Source: Camelus ferus (lineage: Eukaryota). Taken from it: a stretch of 64,000 bases of DNA. The position numbers and the translations under genes are program-made. This document shows positions 1-13,497 of this stretch, piece by piece (position 1 is the first letter of the stretch; each line of letters opens with the position of its first letter). The notes beneath the pieces were generated by a model. The model had not been told where the DNA came from and searched no databases. It saw only the letters and a program-made list of their open reading frames with translations. The stretch covers positions 15,564,001-15,628,000 of the forward strand of contig NC_045698.1 of the NCBI RefSeq assembly GCF_009834535.1, read 5' to 3'.

Positions 1-949
1 CATGTTCTATTTATAACAATGGACTAATGTGAAGATTGAATAAGATAATATACAAAATAGTTATTTTTAAACCATGCAGTTCCAAATAAAATTATTTGAC
101 TATGAATTAAAACTAATTTAAAAATGTGAATGTACTGTATTTAAGATCTTAAAAGAAAAAAGAGAACAAAGCATCCATCCACAGAGGACTGTTCAACTAA
201 CTCACGATATAGCTAAACAGCAGATTACTCAAATTTCTGGGGGGTTAAAAAAAAGAGAGAAATTATGTGCTCATATGGAAAGCTTTCCAAGACACAAGAT
301 TGATGCATAAATGAAGATGTGAAATGAACTTCTGTTAAAAATCAGAAGAGGATACTTGCACAGGTATACATATATATGCACAAAGAGACACACAATATGT
401 GTCTATGTGTGTCTCTGTAAGGATGCACATGTGCATGGTTTCTGGGGGGAGAAGTATTGTGGGGGAGAGGTGCTGGTTGGAGAGAAAAACTTTCTCCTCC
501 TCCTTTTTGGCCACATTCTCTCTCTTCTCCATTCACTCCTTCCTCTCCTTCCCTCATTCTTGCCCTTTCCTTCCTCCCCTTTTACCTCTCTCAATTGCAT
601 CTGGATGGTTTAGCATATATTGTGTTAAATCAAAACAAGTTACAGTGTTTTCTAGTGATAGGATCATGGGGTAATTTTATACGTTTATTTTCACTTTCTA
701 TAATGTTCCATATATAAAATATGACATAGTATTAAAAATTCTTATTCGGTTCAGTCATGGTTACACAGACATTAGCAAACTTTTAAGCTTCACAAATCTG
801 AAAGAGTAGAGCAGGGAAAAATTCTTCTTGATCAAACGAATGCATTTCAGGTCAACAAAAGTATATTTCTCCTGTGACATTTTTCTCACGTTTCTAAATT
901 GAGAGAAAATGTTTAAATAGTCACAAATCTGTTTTCCACTTCCTAGGTC

Positions 950-1400
950 CCCTAATTTATTCATTCATTCATCTAATTTTTTCATCGATTTACTTATTTG
1001 TTGAATAGATATATAAAAGTATTTATTTTGCCTCAGTCAATGTGCTGTGTGATAAACATACAACAATAAAGTATAAAGTGACTGCCTTTCAGGAAGCATA
1101 AAGGATACAGTCATTTAAACTAAAATGTCTACAAAGTCTAACAAGCCCTGCAACAGAGGCGCAGACGGGTGAGAGAGGAGAAAGTAAGATATACAAAATC
1201 TGCTTTATGTTGACGTCAGGAAAATCTTAGCTAAGAGGATAACTTCAATAGAGTACTTAGGAAATTATGGTAATCAACTGGTGTAAGGATGGAACGAATG
1301 CTTTTAGCAAAGAAAATTAAAAGCCATGTAGGATTAACACAGCCCGGGAGAATGACATTGACCGGTTGGCCGTACAGGAGTTTCCAGAGCTCACGTAAGT
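950..1400 (-). mobile_element. L2 LINE 3' fragment (degraded)
   Basis: (TTCA)n L2-type tail followed by ..gtgctgtgtgataaacatacaac.. and ..actgcctttcaggaagc.., resembling the L2 3' end in reverse. Confidence 0.5.
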
Positions 1401-1779
1401 GCTGAGAATTTTAGGTATAATGACAAAAATGCATAATAGGGAAACAGAATTGTCAACATCCAAAAGTCTACAAGTCTACTGTCAAGTTTACAAGCCATAA
1501 AGGACTTATATGATATGAAAGGAAATTTTACTCTGAAACTGGGAAATGTTTTAAGCAGAAAAAATATAGGTTCAAAATTTGACGTCTGTAACTTCACTCA
1601 TGGCTAATCACATTTTTCCTCTAATTTTACTTTTTCCCTCCGGCCCTCTTTTTATTTCTTCTCACAAGTTTCTTTTCAAGATTCCAGAAAATAGAATTCT
1701 TCTTTTCTTTCTTTTCTCTATTTTCTTCTCTTCTTCCACCAGGTTTGGATGGGGAGCAATTGAGTGAGTAAAAATTCTT

Positions 1780-2230
1780 AGAAAAGGCCATTGCTCTTTT
1801 GTGACATCTATCCAATTGAAAATGTGCATACATTCTAATCTAACAACCTTCCAGAAATGCTTTTGTTCTTATTTGGGCACAAAGATGTATGTTGGAAGCT
1901 GTTCACTGAAACATTATTTATAATAATGAAACCTGGATATAAACTATTTCTCCCTTAATAAGGACACGGATAAATACATTTCAATATGTCCACGCTATAG
2001 AAAAATATGCAGCCTTCTGAAAAATAAGTTACCTGCGTATGCACTGACAAAGAAAAAAGCATTGTGTAAATACTAAGTATACCTTAATAAAAACTGTACT
2101 AAAGCAATAAATGATATTTATACACACATAGTTAACAAATACTTTATACAAATATAAAAGCATAGAAATAAGGCTTTGAACATAAAGTACTGGAAGAGTA
2201 GGACAAATTAGCTGCACTCTGAGTTTTAAA
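1780..2230 (+). mobile_element. Old L1ME-type 3' fragment
   Basis: ..cacaaagatgtatgttggaagctgttcactgaaacattatttataata.. and ..ggataaatacatttcaatatgtccacgctatagaaaaatatgcagcc.. resemble the L1 ORF2 end / 3'UTR. Confidence 0.6.
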
Positions 2231-4347
2231 TATTATGAATGTTTGAATCACTTCAAACACATATGATAATCGTATTTTTAAAATGTCATTAAGTTGATAT
2301 ATATATAAATATTTGATTAGGGCATAATAGAAATTTTCACAAAATATTGATTTCAATAAAGTTTCTATATACATCAGAGTCACAATCAAATTTGACACTG
2401 ATTTTTTTCCACTTTTATTCAATAAAATTCTTTATTTTCTTCTCATTTTTTTCTTATTAAAAATAAAGCATTTTGCATTCATCATAAAGGAATTTTTTTT
2501 AGATTACTAGGAGTTATTTCAGAATAATCATAAATAATGCATCTCAATTATTAAAATGTTCAAAGAAGGAAGTTGTATAAAATTATATACTAATCACTGG
2601 GCATGGACAGCCATATTTAAGATGAAGCGGAAAAAGAGACTAAAATATGCCATAGGGCTTTGAATTCTGAAAATCTGAATATCTAGTCAACTATTAATTC
2701 TAAGAACTTATGAAACTTGGTTTCTGCTTTGGATGTGCTATACCAGTTCTTACCTAACAAGTTTGCAGCTTCTTTTTCCTAGTGATTAAAAATATCTGCA
2801 ACATTTTTTAAAAATTAAAAAAAAAACCTGAGAAACTGATATTGAAAAAAATTAATTTCATTGTGTACTCATGCTAAATAAAAATACAGAAAGCTTTATA
2901 AATAGTTATGATTTACTAAAAGTACGTCTCAAATTGTCAAAACAGGCTCAACTTCTTTAGGGCTTTGGCAATCATCCTGGAGGGAGTGTGAGCTGCTCTT
3001 GCTTAAAATGTATTAATTTTACTTTCATTTCTTTTGCGTTAGAAACAAAACCTTTATAATTTATGTCTGACATAAATGTGAGAACATTATTACATTTTTT
3101 CCACATACAAAATACTCTTAACAAGTTTACTTCATTTCATTTGTGAAGTTCATAACTATTTCAAAAAATGGTTGAGTTATAAAGACCGTCCCCCATTGTC
3201 CCCTATCTTCCCCCTTCCAACACATACTCCTGAGAATAAGTGAGCTATGGGAAACTAGTTTAGTATCCAATTAAATCTGTTTTTCTTTAGAAAATGATTT
3301 ATGTAAGTCTGATTATGCACATTTATACCATGTAGTATAAAGTTAACCATATTACTAGATAATCCAAACGTAATGATCACAAAAAAGGCTATATGTATTT
3401 GGGACAATGTCTCTCCCTCTCTTTCTCTGTCTCTGTTTCTCTCACTCTCTCCTCTATGTCTCCCTCTATCTTTTATACTTATTTTGAAAAAAAATCATCC
3501 ATCTGAGATTATAATATAAATTCCAGAATTGTCTGTAAACTGTCTTTAAGCCTGTGTTTCTGCTTGAAATCTACCACATTTGTGAATGAGTTACAGACTT
3601 CACAGTTATGGATTTTCCTTCACTTCCAAATGGACTGAAGTTCTGAAATAAACTTTAGTACATTTATTTTAATATTCACTGCTGCCTGCAAGCTAGCTGC
3701 AGATTATTTTAGTTACCAGAAGCTACACCAATTTGCAATATCATTCTATGACTATTTGTAGGTAAAAATTTGCATGCAGCTGACGCCAGCCAAAGGCAAG
3801 CTTTAGGATAGCAACATAATCCCTAAGAGGAAAATGTGAAATAAAATAACAATTTAAACATCAAAAGGAAATGCACCTTGCTTGACAATTTTTGGAACAA
3901 GGTAATGGCTTCTGGGGATGTTCAATGGTTATTAAAATATAGAAATTAATATAATGAGTCATTTAAATAGCATATATACTTAAATTAATACATTCATTTT
4001 TCATTATATACATTTTTTAAAATTTTGAGCCCAGATATTTCAAATTATGAATAATTTGTCAATTTATGCTTAAAACTAAACTTGAAAAGTGTGACTGGTC
4101 ATTCCCATTAAGAAACTGGATTCAGAGTCTGTTACTCTAAGTCAATTGTAAATTAGTGATTGTATACTTAGATGCAGTTGAATTCTAGGCACCCTTTGTG
4201 CCAAAACTTTGAGACTAGACGTTTAGCAAATGGTGGGTGTTCTTTGACTTCAAAATAAGAGAGACATTAAGTGACAAGGCAGACAGTGGAAAGAGTGTTA
4301 TGTGGAAGAGTATCGTATTTTCAGATCTGAAAGTGGAGAGTGTCTAT

Positions 4348-4821
4348 TGTCGTAGACAGAAGACTGGCTCCCAGAACGCCCACATCCTAATGCCTGGGAG
4401 CTGCTACTGTGCTGCTGAGCACGGCAGCGAGGGCGCTGCAGGATAACTACCCAAGGACCCCAAGACGGGCCCATAAGCCTCGGTCATCTGAGCGGACCCA
4501 CTGGAGTCACGGGGGTTCTTACACAAGTAAGAAGGAGAGTTAGAGCGACAGAGATGAGTGGCCTGGTGGAGAGGCTGAAGTGATGTGGTTCCAAAATGAG
4601 GAAAAAGACTGTAAACAAGGAATGCAGCCGGTCTCTAGAAGGTAGAAAAGGCAAGACATGGATTCTCCTCTAGAACCTCCAGACGCAGTGCAGCTCTTGA
4701 TTTTGGACCATAGGTCCATTTTGGACTTTTCACCTCCAGTACTAGGAGCTACTAAATTCATGTTGTTTTAATGCACTAAGTTTGCAGCAATGCATTACAG
4801 CCTCTGTAAGAGACTAATGCA
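4348..4821 (+). mobile_element. MaLR solo LTR, MLT1D-like
   Basis: TG...CA ends. Diagnostic ..caaggaatgcagccggtctctagaaggtagaaaaggcaagacatggattctcctctagaacctccag.. and 3' ..ttgttttaatgcactaagtttg..actaatgca. Confidence 0.85.
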
Positions 4822-5866
4822 GTTGCACATGTAGTTAGAAAAGTAGTAGGCCTAGATCCAGGTTTTCTGACTCTCTGCCTAGGTTCTTATATTGTTAATT
4901 ACATCAACTAGTGTTCTATTAATTTGTCTTATATTTTAATTTTTATAGTAAAAGAGATTTTGAGAATATATGTATCCATATAAATATATAATCATGTATA
5001 ATGTGTATATGTATATAAACACACATACATATATAGATATATATTCAAAATTCTAAAACATTTTGCATCATAACACTAGCAAAATAACTCTAATTTCTAC
5101 TTGTTTAATAGTGTCATTTCTTTGGAATATTAAGTATGGTCTTTTTATGACTTGCTTCACTAGCTTAAGGGAAACACAAGAGTAGTGGAATGTAAAATCC
5201 CACTATTTAAACCCCAAACAATGTCAAACCCACAGAGGCCACTGGAGCGGGTTGTCATTGACTAGTGTGAGCAATATATGAGCAGGGCACAGATATATAT
5301 ATATATATATAATATATATCTTGTTCTATTTAAAGTTAGTTTTTTTTTAAACTTACCATAAAAATTTAAAGTAGGTGGTATATTTGCATAATATTTATTT
5401 TATTCTTAAATTTCATGTAACCAATTGCTGACATATGTTTTAATTCCAAAGTTGACTTTATTTTTTTCCAGACAGTAATTTTTTTGTGTCAGGAACTTCT
5501 CCCTAATATTTGTGTATAGAAAATAAAATATGAACCTAAGTTTTAATCAATTAAGGTTTTGACTTAACCAAGACACCCTAGCCAATGCCAAGACACAAGA
5601 GAGTCCTCTGGGGCTGTGCCGTTGCTTTATAATTACAACACTGAGCTTCCTTTTGCCATTTCACTCACTCGTGTAGCAACTCCAGAATGGACTGTTCTTC
5701 AACTCGGAAAGAACAGACACAAAGAAATAGGAAATGGGAGCCAAGATTGCTAATGTTGCTATGTAAAATGACTTAGAATTTGACATTTAACTGCAGAAAT
5801 CTTTTCCTTAATCATTGCTTGATTAATTTGGTGGTTTTCTAAAGAGGACTTTCATCGAGAAATGAA

Positions 5867-6034
5867 CAGGACCAGCTACAAAACTTGAAGGCCCAGTGCA
5901 AGATTAAAATATGGGACACCTTGTTCAAAATGAATGAAAACTTCATAATGGTGGCAGCAGAAAATTTAACCAAATTCAGGGACTCAGGATCCTTCTGTGC
6001 AAATGCACAGGTCATGCCCATAAATCCAGTCCTA
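5867..6034 (-). mobile_element. MER45A-like hAT-Tip100 MITE
   Basis: caggaccagctaca..ggcccagtgcaag..ccttgttcaaaa..tgcacaggtcatgcccataaatccagtccta. Imperfect TIRs and a near-duplicated AAATGA flank. Confidence 0.75.
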
Positions 6035-6149
6035 AAATGAGTTAGTTATTAAACAGAGAAGTTTAAGGCTATCGCCCATATCCCTTTTTTTATCCATAAC
6101 CATATCCTTATATGTGTGTATATATGTATCTACATTAATAGCTATATAA

Positions 6150-6340
6150 TTTCAGAGTCAAATTTTAGAGGGATCTTTATAGATTATCTAGTCCAACCTT
6201 GTCTTCTTAAGGAGAAAAACTGAGCCATGGAGCATTTTAATTATATCAGTGGTTGAGATTAGAAATAAAACTAACAGTCTTCTAAACGTATTGATGCAAC
6301 TTCTCTTAACTGCCAGTTTAGTGCTCCTTCTTCCATGTCA
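6150..6340 (-). mobile_element. MIR-family SINE fragment
   Basis: ..ttagagggatctttatagattatctagtccaacc..aggagaaaaactgagcc.. core-like sequence. Confidence 0.5.
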
Positions 6341-6529
6341 AAAGACCTCCCTGCTCCATATCCTGGGAAATTGAACTGCATATTTTTGCTCTAATTCACT
6401 ATTTGAAATAGCCCTTGAATAGAACGTTTCGTACTATGTTCAGCAGAATAAAGAATGCAGATGCCATAGAGTTCAAGAATTTTGAGGGACTGAGTAAATG
6501 ACTGTTACAAAATCAACAATATATAAATA

Positions 6530-6660
6530 GATGAATTATATAATTTACTGCCTAAACTGGGACACTTCTGTGGGTTAACAAGGGCACTATTAATAATTAC
6601 ATTGAGACAACAATGAAAATGGTACTGTCTTGAGCAGAACTGGATTTATGTCCTCCGCAT
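6530..6660. mobile_element. MER94-like hAT-Blackjack MITE
   Basis: ataatttactgcctaaactgggacact..gggcactattaataattacattgagacaaca..actgtcttgagcagaactgga matches the remembered MER94 consensus. Confidence 0.7.
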
Positions 6661-6709
6661 GCAACTAAAGCTAATATTGAAAGAAACTGAATCGCTGATG
6701 TTTAGACTT

Positions 6710-6945
6710 TGACAGGCATCATTCTAAGTACTTTTCTTGCATTCGGTTCTTCTTTGTCTCAGAACCACAATACAAGCTCTCAGCACTCCCATGTTAAAGA
6801 TGAGAAAACTGAAACACAGATGGGTGACACAGAGAGCTGTGCATCGGAAGATTTTACATATGTATAAATATATTCATACTTAAATATGAAACTAGGATTC
6901 AAACCCTACCCCAGAGTCCACGTCATGAACAAATACGCAGTGATA
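6710..6945 (-). mobile_element. MIR SINE
   Basis: Core ..cccatgttaaagatgagaaaactgaaacacaga.. and B-box-like ..ggattcaaaccc.. Confidence 0.65.
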
Positions 6946-7049
6946 TCTCTTATGTATTCCACGGGGATCGGCTGGCATGGAGTATTTGAGCTGTAAGGAT
7001 AAGTATGATAAAAGTAAGAACTTGTAGTAGGATCACCAGTGACTAGCAA

Positions 7050-9040
7050 AGCTTCTTTCAGAGCCTATCCTCAGCCCTACTCTTTAGAAGCAACAAGGGT
7101 GTGAACCAGCATCCGCTTCCCCCTCTCGGATGTCAGTGAGCTCAATCAGGAAACTGAGCTTATATCCCTACGTGGAGGCAACGAAGATGTGTGAGTCCGT
7201 GCCCCACTTCCATCAGGAAGTCGTCCATGGGTGGAGGGCGGAGCTGAACTGCCACCTCACCAGTCTGCAACGGCACAGTTACCCACTTCCGGTAGAGCCA
7301 TTAGCGGGGCCCAACAGCAAGCTGAACATGAATGCTCACCCAACTGTCTTGCTTACAAATCAACAGAATACCATCCGTTAAACAAAAAGAAAATTCCAGA
7401 ATCTCATAATATCAACAATATCCAGGATACAGTACAAAAATCACTTGTCATGCCAAGAACTAGGAAAACCACAACTTGAATGAAGGCGAATCAACAGATA
7501 CCAACAATACTAAGCAGGACCGGCACCTGCCAATCCATCCAAGAGGCTGATCACCTGGCAAGAATTTTAAAGAAGCCACTGCACAGATATTTAAATAAGC
7601 AATTATGCATTCTCTTGAAAAATGAAAGTAAAAAAAATTCTAACAATGATTTAGAAGTTATAAAAAGTAACCAAATGGAAATTTTAGGACTGAATAATAC
7701 AACAATGGAAATGACACACTCACTGTATGGGTACAATAGGAAAGTGAAGACAGAGGATGGAATCGATGAACTTAAAGACATACAAATGCAATTTATTTGG
7801 TCTGGACAACAAATAAAACTGACTGGAGAGGAAAAAACAAATCTCAGAGACCTAAAGGATGATAATAAAAGAGATAATATTCACTGTCATCAGCATCCCA
7901 AGAAGAAGAGGAAAGAGAGCGTGAGACTAAAAATTATTCAGGAAATAATGCCTAAAAACTTTTCAAATTTGGTGGAAAATATAAAGCTAAATATTCAAGA
8001 AGCAGAGCAAATCCTAAATAGGTTAAACACAAAGAAATCCATGCCAGACCCTTCATAATTAAACTTCTGAAAGTGAATGACAAAAATCTGGAAAGCAAAC
8101 AGAGAAAAATTACACATTTTATAGCATAATAATTAAATGATAGTAGATTTCTCATCCGAAACCATATAAGCCAGAAGAAAGTGGATAAGATTTTCAAAGT
8201 GCTGAAAGAAAAAACCGTGAACTGTGAATTCTATATTCAGCAATGATACTCTTCAGTGATTAAAGAAAAATAAAGACATTGTGAAATGAGGGAAAACTAA
8301 GAGTATCTGTTTCTGGTAAATTTACCTTTAAAGGATGACTGGTGGAAGTACTCCAAATGAAAAAGGAAAAAAAGGAGGCTTAGAATGTTAAAAAAAAAAC
8401 CCAAAAACTACCCAAATGGGTAAAAATAAGGGTTACTATAATAGTATCATACTTTTCATGAATTTATTAACATTTAATAGTTGAAGCAAAAATTATTACA
8501 CTCTAATAAGGTGCTCAATGGATGTTGAAGAAATAGTTAATATAATTATATTTTCAAAGTAGGAAGATTAAAATGGGATCTGCACAGAAATAAGGCATAA
8601 TGTACAGAAATACTTTACTCAAAATGGTAAAACAGCCGTAACAGCAGACTGTGATAAGTTATGCATGTACGTTGTTTTAACTGGAGTAACTGAGGAAACT
8701 GAACAAAATGGTAGGCCCCAAACCCTAAAATAAAGATGGAATCCTAAAGTGTTCATATAACCCAAAGAAAAGCAAATAAAGAGACACAGAGGAAAGGGTA
8801 CTTAGTAAACAAACTGAAAACAAATTAAAAATGATGGACACGTCATAACAGATCAATAGTTAACTAAATGTAATGTTCTAAATAAGCTAAGTCCACAACA
8901 TGAAACTAACTTCAAATACAATATCTGTAGGTTGAAAATAAAAAGACAGGTAAAGATGTATCAGGCAAATACTGACTGAAAACATACATACAAGATTATG
9001 TTGATACAAAATCAGTAATACTTTAAAAAAAAGTTTAAAA
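7050..9040 (+). mobile_element. Old L1 (L1M-type) 5' part: 5'UTR, decayed ORF1, inter-ORF spacer, start of ORF2
   Basis: ORF 7480..8058 has L1 ORF1p-like segments (NQMEILGLNNT, QEIMPKNFSNL, NIQEAEQILNRLNTKKS). Homology continues after a frameshift (IIKLLK, KIFKVLKEK) with stops. An endonuclease-start-like sequence lies near 8850-9030. Confidence 0.85.
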
Positions 9041-10699
9041 ATTAAAACTGTGTTTCTAAGTATTTTAAAATATATTTTCATTTAAACATTGTTTTCAACA
9101 TGATAAAATAAATGCCATTAGACTTAAACATAGACACAGATTTTTTTTGAAAGTGTTAATATTTATAAACTTTGTCCACCTTCTTTATTTCTGATACGAC
9201 TTCATAACTTCCCTTTCTAATTCTCCTTTACTTGATGAAACTGAATTAAAATATACTCATATTCAAAAGAAAAACAAACAAAAGCATTCCAGCTGTTCCT
9301 CGGTGCTAAAAGAAAGTCCCTCTGGAGCAGATATCCTTGATAACAAAAGAAAGTACTTTCTTGCACTATCTTAATTATGCACATAGAAGTTCTCAAGCTC
9401 CATCACAGAGGAGGAGGAAGAGCCTGTCCACAAGCAGGAGTGGACCAACTGCTTCAGCAGGGAAAGTCCAACACCAACCCTACGCCACCTCAAATAAAGA
9501 AAACATTTGGGAGTGGACTCATTTATTCCTGTTCAAGTTGAACTGAAAAAAATCACCATTATAACATCTCTCAGACCAGGGCTATGGGGAAAAGGAAAAA
9601 AAAATAAATAAAAGCAACTGTCTAAGCAAATAGACACCAGTTACAAATTAATATCATTGGAATGATATAACTTCCATTGCCGAGGCTGACATGGACGGAA
9701 AAAAATTCTAAGAAGTGAAATAAGCTTTACCTCTGTCCGCCTTTCGGCAGCATATCATTTAATCAGAATATGTGGATAAGACCACTGAGTACATAAATAT
9801 GATTTTTCATACATTTGCAATGAAATGATAATGATTTTCTTTGCTGTAACTTTAGTTCTGGCATATTGATTGGCAACAACATCCACTCTTAACTACACAG
9901 GGTAGTTAATAAAAAAAAACTTAGGATCTTTTTTGTTAGGTTATTGGGACTCCTCCCCATCCTGTCTTTGAGGTTAAAAATGAGATGTTACATATTTCTT
10001 CTGTGTGGCTGAGCATGCGTGTTTTATTTTCCCATCTTCATCCCTTCAGTGTAGTGTGTGTGTGTGTGCGTGTGGGTGTGCACGCTCTTTCTATCTAAAT
10101 TAACGCTTAATCATTATTCAAGAATGAGGACAACTAATTGATAACTCATTCTACCTGACCACATTGGAGCAAAATGTCCATGGCTTCCCAGTTACCAAGT
10201 TAGTGTAATTTTATTAGTAAATTACATGATCTTTTTTAAAAAAAATGCCCACAAGCTAAAATTTAAAAGTGAGACTGAATTCTGAAGCTGTGTGTTGTTT
10301 ACAACTATCAGAGCAAGTGTCTGCTTTACTATTGTAAAAGAAGAGAGATTTTACTACTGGAGGAAAAACTGATACATCTGAAAGAAGGAGAGATCAGTTA
10401 GTTACTAATTGAATTGCTGTTTGGCTCATCTCAGTAGCTTTATTCTCTAGGAACTATTTGATTATGATTGTGAGCAAAGAGTTTAACCTCTACTAAATGC
10501 AAACAAGAGAATTAGCAGCACTTCATGAGAGACAGAGGAAAGTTGTGTGAGTGACATGGTTTGATTTGTTTGATAGAAGTACTTGCCTCTCAGAAGGTGA
10601 CAATGGAATTCACATTACTGAGTGCTTATATAGTGTGTCCCCTTGTGACATTCCCATCCAAGAACTTCAGTGGCAGATGGGACAGTTGAGAGAGCTAAT

Positions 10700-10900
10700 T
10701 ATTCAGTCCCTATTATTTGCAGGTATTATGTTAGATTTTTATGTATTAATTCCTTTAAACCATACACAGCCCAGTTATGTGTTTACAATGAGAAAATGGG
10801 AAAATAGGTTCTTGCTAGTGTCAAATCACTCGCATATGGTCATTCAGAAGGAAATGAGTGAAGCTAGTATTGTCTTAATCTAAAGCCAATCTCTCTAACA
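10700..10900 (-). mobile_element. MIR SINE (degraded)
   Basis: ..gcaggtattatgttagatttttatgtattaattcctttaaacc..gtttacaatgagaaaatgggaa.. Confidence 0.45.
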
Positions 10901-10999
10901 TAAAACAGAGGTTCCAAAATTATCTGTAAAATAAAATTCATCAGAAAAGACAAATGATTCAACATAGAAAATGTACCGCATCTATAAATAGGCAAAGAT

Positions 11000-11550
11000 T
11001 TCAATTTGCAGCAATGCATAGATGAGTTATTTGAACTATTCCACTGAAAAATGGCCCCAAATACCAGTTATGGTACATTTTTAAACACCTTTTTAGAAGT
11101 ACTGAGAATTTACAAGATTTTAATTAGTTATCAGGTCAAATTTCAGGAGAAAAGAGGGCTCCAGAGAGGTAAGGAGATCACCTTTCCAGCAGCACATTTC
11201 TGATCCCTACAAATATGGAGATTTATTTGACAGTCTCAAGGTGAGGGAGACAGAAGGAAAAGCCGAAGTGTAACATATGTTAAGAAGTGTAATAAGAGTT
11301 CTTTTCCAAAAGGTTAATATCACCAAAGTACACCCTCAGAGTAAGACGAACCAGATGTAAGCCTGTCCTGCCTTGGATCTATGACCTGGATTTATGTGCC
11401 TATGCGACCCAGCTAATCTCAAGACATGAACGTGGGTAAGGTGGCCCTGCTTATGCAGACCAGGTAGAAGCAAATTCAAATACTTTATAACAATATCTTC
11501 AACCTAAACCTTACAATATTCTCAGGGAACACAATAAAACAATAAACAAA
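11000..11550 (+). mobile_element. Probable HAL1/L1M 5' region fragment
   Basis: ..aggtcaaatttcaggagaaaagagggctccagagagg.. and ..gtagaagcaaattcaaatacttt.. resemble ancient L1/HAL1 5' sequence. Confidence 0.4.
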
Positions 11551-11559
11551 AACATGTGT

Positions 11560-12450
11560 ATAAAGTGTGTCTGTTAATTTCAAAGTTCAAGTCATCATGA
11601 TGTCAGGGATTATTGACTGTTTTTTGCCCTGATTATGGTTTAAATATTCCTGCTTCTTGGTATAATTTGTATTTGTTTTTATTGTATGCGGAACATTTTA
11701 GTAATACATAGTAGAAAACCTGGATGTCATCTTCTTCTAAAGGGCCTGAAGATAATTCTTTGAGGACAGTTAAGTGACCGGCAGATACTTTTGATCTGTC
11801 AGGCCTGATTTAGCTCTTTATTAAGGAAAGCCTCTTTCCGTTTTGTGTTTAGACCTAGGACATAGACTTTAGTGAAGGAAATGGCCCTTACTCCTAACAC
11901 ATAGCCTTCCTGGTGTCTCACGTTAATGTCTGAGATGTCCAGTGAAGTGCCTCCCCTGTGGCTGGTCCGTAACTTCAGCATCTCCCTGCTCTGCGTTATC
12001 ACTGGAGCCTGCTTTCAGCAGGCTTACAGAGGCTGATTCTGCTCGTGCATAGAGCAGCCTTTGGTGGAAGTGCCCCCTAAACTCTTAGTTTTTCAGGGCT
12101 TCTCTATGTCTCTCCTTATGTTTCTACATAAATTCCAGCCACTTCTGCCAGTTCTCAAATTACAGTCATTTCAGAAGCTCCAAGCTATAATCTCTATCTC
12201 TAGATATTATTCTGAGAGTCCAATTCCTTGTGTCATGGTAGCAAAAGTGCCCCTAATCAAAGAGTCCAGCTAAATGAGGCGCCTGATTCATCTCCTCCCT
12301 TCTCTCGAGGATGACAAGCTTGTACTATGTGTCACATGCATTAAAAAACTATTGCCTCATATACGTTGTCCAGTTTTATCATTGTTTATGATGAAAAGAC
12401 AAGCTTAACACCAACAATTCCATTGTTGTCAAAATCAGGGATCCCTCTGA
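11560..12450 (-). mobile_element. Old L1M 5' region fragment
   Basis: ..tattgactgttttttgccctgattatggtttaaatattcctgcttcttgg.. and ..ttgcctcatatacgttgtccagttttatcattgtttatg.. are typical of reversed L1M 5'UTRs. Confidence 0.55.
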
Positions 12451-13497
12451 AATGATTTATATCCTTCAGAAATTCCTTATTCTTTGGTCTGCTAGTAGAA
12501 TACTTCCCAGCTTCCTAGAGTTATATTTTCTAACTACTATATTCTGTTATTTCAATGGAATGGTACTTTGAAACAAAGAAGAAATAAATGTGTTTGTTCA
12601 ATCCATTTGCATGAATTTGAACCTGAAGACATTACTTTTAATATCCACTGGACATATTTTTGCACATATTTTATTGTATTGTATACCTATCACATCTCAT
12701 TTCTGGTGTGCTATGTCTCTAAATATTTTGGATGAATGATATTTCATTAAAAATATATGTATTCTTAGAAGCAGCTGTTTGTAGAGATGTCCTCCTTATG
12801 TGATTGACTTGGTACAATTACAAGTATGAAGATAGGAGAAAAAAAGTAATTAAAGACTCTTATCTTCTCCAAGTCTAAAACCCCACAGGAGAAAAAGCCA
12901 CTGAAGGAAGGAAGAAATATTAGTGTTTATTAAAACCCTTCTAGGGTTTCTTTTTTCTTTTCCACAAATGGTATCTCTTTGGATCCTTATAACATTTTTT
13001 TAGTGGTAAATAGTACTAACAATCAAAGCTTTAGTAAAAGGAAACACTTTTATAAACATTCCCCCACCCTTCATCAAATTTGAATTCAGATCTTTGTTAC
13101 TCCAGGGTCTACTTTGTTTTCCCTATAATAGGCTGCCTTTCTAGAATCACAACCTTTCTTAGCAGTCTTCTGTAAACATTATTTAAATTTTGCTCTCGTG
13201 AGTTGTTCCAGTCCTTTTTAAGATACTTTCCACTAGCTTTCATGAGAAATAAATATGCAAACCCAAAAATGATCTTGTAAATTTTTCCTTTTTCTGCTAT
13301 TTACAAAATAATAATCTTATTGTCACAGGAAAAACACTCAAAACTAACTTTAAAAGCTCTCCCTGGTTTAGAAGCTCTAGACATGCTTCTGACTATTAGG
13401 AATTAATACATGAAGACAGTGTTCTTGGTAATTAGGTATGGAGATCTATTACTGTTCAGGTAACATATAAATCATAGTTTAAAAAATACAAAATACT

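Noticed and set aside
335..717. Cluster of six overlapping short ORFs
   Set aside because: A by-product of low-complexity CA/TG and CT-rich sequence; no recognisable protein.
7480..8058. 192-aa ORF, the longest in the window, as a novel or domesticated gene
   Set aside because: It is a decayed L1 ORF1. Similarity drops mid-ORF, the ORF ends at a frameshift, and the downstream homology has stops.
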